Notes under the pieces: generated by a model | Database searches by the model: none | The model's input: only the letters and a program-made list of their open reading frames with translations | Told to the model about the DNA's origin: nothing | Assembly: GCA_041662565.1 (NCBI GenBank) | Contig: JBAZSE010000004.1 | Span: 73,398 to 127,823 of the forward strand | Length of the DNA stretch: 54,426 bases | Source: Patescibacteria group bacterium | GTDB lineage: Bacteria > Patescibacteriota > Patescibacteriia > UBA1558 > UBA10009 | Direction of reading: 5' to 3' | Translations under genes and position numbers: made by a program | In this document: positions 51,676 through 54,426 of the stretch, one piece after another | How the letters are laid out: every line of letters begins with the position of its first letter | Position numbering within the stretch: position 1 is the stretch's first letter

Positions 51676-53232
51676 TCAATCAATTAAACTTTTTCCTGTC
51701 ATCACTTTGGGCTTGGGAATTCCAAAAATCCGCAAAATGGTCGGCGCTACATCGGCTAAAATGCCGTTTCTTAAAATGGCTTTTTTATGTATGTCGGAAA
51801 CCAAAATAAAAGGCACGGGGTTATTACTGTGCTCCGTATCTAGTTCGCCGGTTGTGGTATTTATCATTTCTTCAATATTGCCATGGTCGGCAGTAATCAG
51901 CAAAACGCCGTTTTTGCTTAAAATCGCGGGAGCCAGCTGGCTTAAAACTTTATCGCAAGCTTCCATAGCGGCAATGCCTGCCGATAAATTGCCGGTGTGG
52001 CCGATCATATCCGGATTACAGTAATTGATCACGATAAATTCTTTACCTGCCTTGATTTTTTCCAAAACAATCTTGGTGATTTCATCAGCCGACATCGCCG
52101 GCGTTTCAGCGTAAAATTTATTGCGCGGAGAAGGCACTAAAATTCTTTCTTCCCCGGCCACCGGCTCATGATAACCGCCATTAAAGAAAAAAGTAACATG
52201 GGCATATTTTTCGGTTTCCCCGATATATAATTGCTTATAATCCTTCATGATCATAGGCAAAGTGGATTCCAAATCCAAACTGGGAAAAGCCGTTAAAATA
52301 TGGTCCAAATCCGGGCCAAAATCGGTCATGGCCACAAAACGCAGATGATTGGGCCATTTTTTCCGCTTAAAACTGCCTGGATTTTTTTTGGTAAAATCTT
52401 GCTGAACAAAGGCCTTGGCCAATTGGCGCGCCCGATCGGAACGCAAATTATAAAAAATTATGCCGTCATTATCACTAATAGTGGCCGTTGGCTTACCATT
52501 ATGAGTAATAATGGTGGGTTGAATAAATTCATCGGTTTCGCCTCTGTTATAGGCCTGCAAAACAGCTTCTTCGGCGCTGGCCGCTTTTTGGCCTTGGCCC
52601 AAAGTTAAGGCGTTATAAAACGCCTCCGTTCTTTCCCAACGCTTATTACGATCCATGCCGTAAAAACGCCCGCCAATGGTAGCTATTTTTTCATTTGCCA
52701 AAAAATGCTCTTTAACTTTAGCTAAATATTTGGTGGCGTCATGTTGGGGGGCATCACGGCCATCGGTAAATAAATGCAAAAATATTTTTTCAACGCCTTC
52801 TTGGTCCAATAATCTTAACAAAGCGTACAGATGATCCATTTCCACGTGCGGGCTTTGCCTGCCCGAAAGCAAACCCATTAAATGCAATTGAGATTTATGC
52901 CTTAAGACATGCTCAATTACAGCGGTAAAAGCCGGATTTTTGAAAAATTTACCGTTTTTAATATCATTATCAATAATCTGCACATCTTGCTGGACAATTC
53001 TGCCCGACCCTAAATTCAAATGCCCGGCTTCGGAATTGCCTCGCTGATGATCGGCTAGGCCCACTTTTTTGCCCGAAGCAATCAATTGGGAATGAGGATA
53101 ATTTTTTAACAATCCTTTGATAAACGGCAACTTTGCCAATTGTGTTGGATTATTTTCTTTTTTATCCGATAAGCCCCAGCCGTCAAAGATGGCTAAAACC
53201 ATGGGTCCGGTAAATTTTTTAACTTCTTTCAT
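51676..53232 (-). CDS. second iPGM paralog (2,3-bisphosphoglycerate-independent phosphoglycerate mutase family)
   Basis: LAIFDGWG, GNSEAGHLNLGSG, ETEKYAHVTFFFNGG, TADHGNIE. All key motifs are retained. Confidence 0.85.
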   Translation of the reverse strand: MKEVKKFTGPMVLAIFDGWGLSDKKENNPTQLAKLPFIKGLLKNYPHSQLIASGKKVGLADHQRGNSEAGHLNLGSGRIVQQDVQIIDNDIKNGKFFKNPAFTAVIEHVLRHKSQLHLMGLLSGRQSPHVEMDHLYALLRLLDQEGVEKIFLHLFTDGRDAPQHDATKYLAKVKEHFLANEKIATIGGRFYGMDRNKRWERTEAFYNALTLGQGQKAASAEEAVLQAYNRGETDEFIQPTIITHNGKPTATISDNDGIIFYNLRSDRARQLAKAFVQQDFTKKNPGSFKRKKWPNHLRFVAMTDFGPDLDHILTAFPSLDLESTLPMIMKDYKQLYIGETEKYAHVTFFFNGGYHEPVAGEERILVPSPRNKFYAETPAMSADEITKIVLEKIKAGKEFIVINYCNPDMIGHTGNLSAGIAAMEACDKVLSQLAPAILSKNGVLLITADHGNIEEMINTTTGELDTEHSNNPVPFILVSDIHKKAILRNGILADVAPTILRIFGIPKPKVMTGKSLID

Positions 53233-53311
53233 AATTTTGGTATTTTAACACACTAAGCTAAAAAAACAAAAAAGCCCTAAACAAACCCACTAAAATTTAT
53301 TTATTAATTCA

Positions 53312-54426
53312 TTAACCAAGCTCTGATTCAATTTCCATCAGCCGATTGTACTTAGCCACTCTTTCGGATCTGGATGGCGCGCCGGTTTTAATGTAATCGG
53401 AATTTACCGCCACAGCAAGATCCGCAATAAAATCATCTTCGGTTTCCCCGCTTCTGTGCGAAACGGCGATTTTAAAATTATGCTTTTGAGCCAGCTTAAT
53501 GCAAGCCATAGTTTCGGTTAAGGTGCCAATTTGATTTGGTTTGATTAAAATGGCGTTGGCGGCTTTTTTTTCTATGCCTAGGCGCAACCTGGCAACATTG
53601 GTGGTAAACAAATCATCGCCAATCAACAATAAATTTTTATTAATGCCCAAAAGCTGTGCTTGAAACTTTTGCCAGCCATCCCAATCATCCTGCGCAAAGG
53701 GATCTTCCAAAGCCAAAAAAGGATAGGCAGACATCCACTGCTGGTAAACCAAAGATAATTCCGCGGCGGAAAAATTTTTATTTTCCAGTTTTAAAATATA
53801 TTTTTTTTCCTGCTCATCGTAAAATTCCGAAGAACCGGCATCCATGCCGAAAAATATTTCTTTGCCTAAGCCATAACCGGCTTGGCTTACCGCTTGGCTT
53901 AATTTTTGCCAAACCTCATTAGTTGTTTTAAAATTCGGCGCGTAACCGCCTTCATTGCCTACATCGGTATCATAACCCGAAGCCACAAAAATCTTTCCTA
54001 ATGTATGAAAAATTTCCGAAACCGCCCTAATTCTTTCTTTGATGGTTTTAATATTTTGGGGAATTATCCAAAATTCCTGAAAATCCAAATTATTATCGGC
54101 ATGCGCTCCCCCGTTTACCACGTTAACCAAAGGTACGGGCATTTTATAATCCGCCAAATTCATTTTGTAACACTGCCTGATAAATTTATACAAAGGTAAA
54201 TTATGTTCCAAAGCGCCAACTCGGGCAGCAGCCAATGAAACGCCCAAAATGGCATTGGCACCCAAGCGGGCTTTATTGCCGGTACCGTCCAAATCAATCC
54301 TCCTTTGATCGATTAATGGCAATTGGTCAACGGAAAAACCCAAACAGGCCTGTTTTATTTCCAAATTAACATGTTCAATGGCTTTCAAAACGCCCTTACC
54401 GCCATAGCGGGCTTTATCATTATCCC
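53312..54426 (-). CDS. eno: enolase; 5' end outside the window
   Basis: The frame stays open upstream of the track's Met to the window edge (..DNDKARYGGKGVLKAIEHVN..). Motifs SHRSGETED and KTGAPSRSERVAKYN. Confidence 0.9.
   Translation of the reverse strand, partial: DNDKARYGGKGVLKAIEHVNLEIKQACLGFSVDQLPLIDQRRIDLDGTGNKARLGANAILGVSLAAARVGALEHNLPLYKFIRQCYKMNLADYKMPVPLVNVVNGGAHADNNLDFQEFWIIPQNIKTIKERIRAVSEIFHTLGKIFVASGYDTDVGNEGGYAPNFKTTNEVWQKLSQAVSQAGYGLGKEIFFGMDAGSSEFYDEQEKKYILKLENKNFSAAELSLVYQQWMSAYPFLALEDPFAQDDWDGWQKFQAQLLGINKNLLLIGDDLFTTNVARLRLGIEKKAANAILIKPNQIGTLTETMACIKLAQKHNFKIAVSHRSGETEDDFIADLAVAVNSDYIKTGAPSRSERVAKYNRLMEIESELG

Overview
AT-rich, gene-dense bacterial segment: about 57 protein genes and 2 tRNAs, with nearly all genes on the minus strand. 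Gene content suggests a reduced-genome Patescibacteria/CPR-type organism; this is inference only. The pointers are a DUF5654 protein, a sigma/DUF5667-like anti-sigma pair, a truncated TsaB, giant Ser/Thr/Ala-rich surface proteins, frequent lack of Shine-Dalgarno sequences and many tiny intergenic spacers.

Layout:
- 1-4890: hydrolases plus a very AT-rich two-gene DUF262 + HEPN cassette.
- 3463-12011: surface-glycan locus with a phosphodiesterase, four GT4 glycosyltransferases and a TviB/TviC-like dehydrogenase/epimerase pair.
- 12073-20849: cell-surface module with two secreted proteins, a 1395-aa repeat-rich surface protein behind a consensus promoter and a ~475-nt leader, and an ECF sigma/anti-sigma pair.
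- 21324-23855: an excisionase-type HTH gene and a lexA-orf82-Y-family polymerase SOS cassette.
- 24093-31942: envelope genes, including an HtrA-like protein with all triad residues replaced, GT2 paralogs, uppS and an M23 peptidase, plus tRNA-Pro and tRNA-Glu.
- 32079-35743: mraZ-rsmH-ftsL-ftsI, with a phased GTGG operator.
- 36047-54426: housekeeping genes (rplJ/rplL, mltG, uppP, mutM, two tandem gpmI paralogs, eno).

No CRISPR array, rRNA, transposase or integrase gene was seen.

Best candidate for an undescribed system: the horizontally acquired-looking DUF262 + HEPN pair at 1853-3466. Second candidate: the lexA-orf82-polymerase cassette with non-canonical operator candidates.

The non-coding DNA carries several dispersed palindromic repeat families: TACGAAT-rich ~120-bp elements, GCTNAGC-centred palindromes, a CAGTTATCCACAGCG 15-mer and TGTAGAGAC hairpins. 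The gene features do not explain them.
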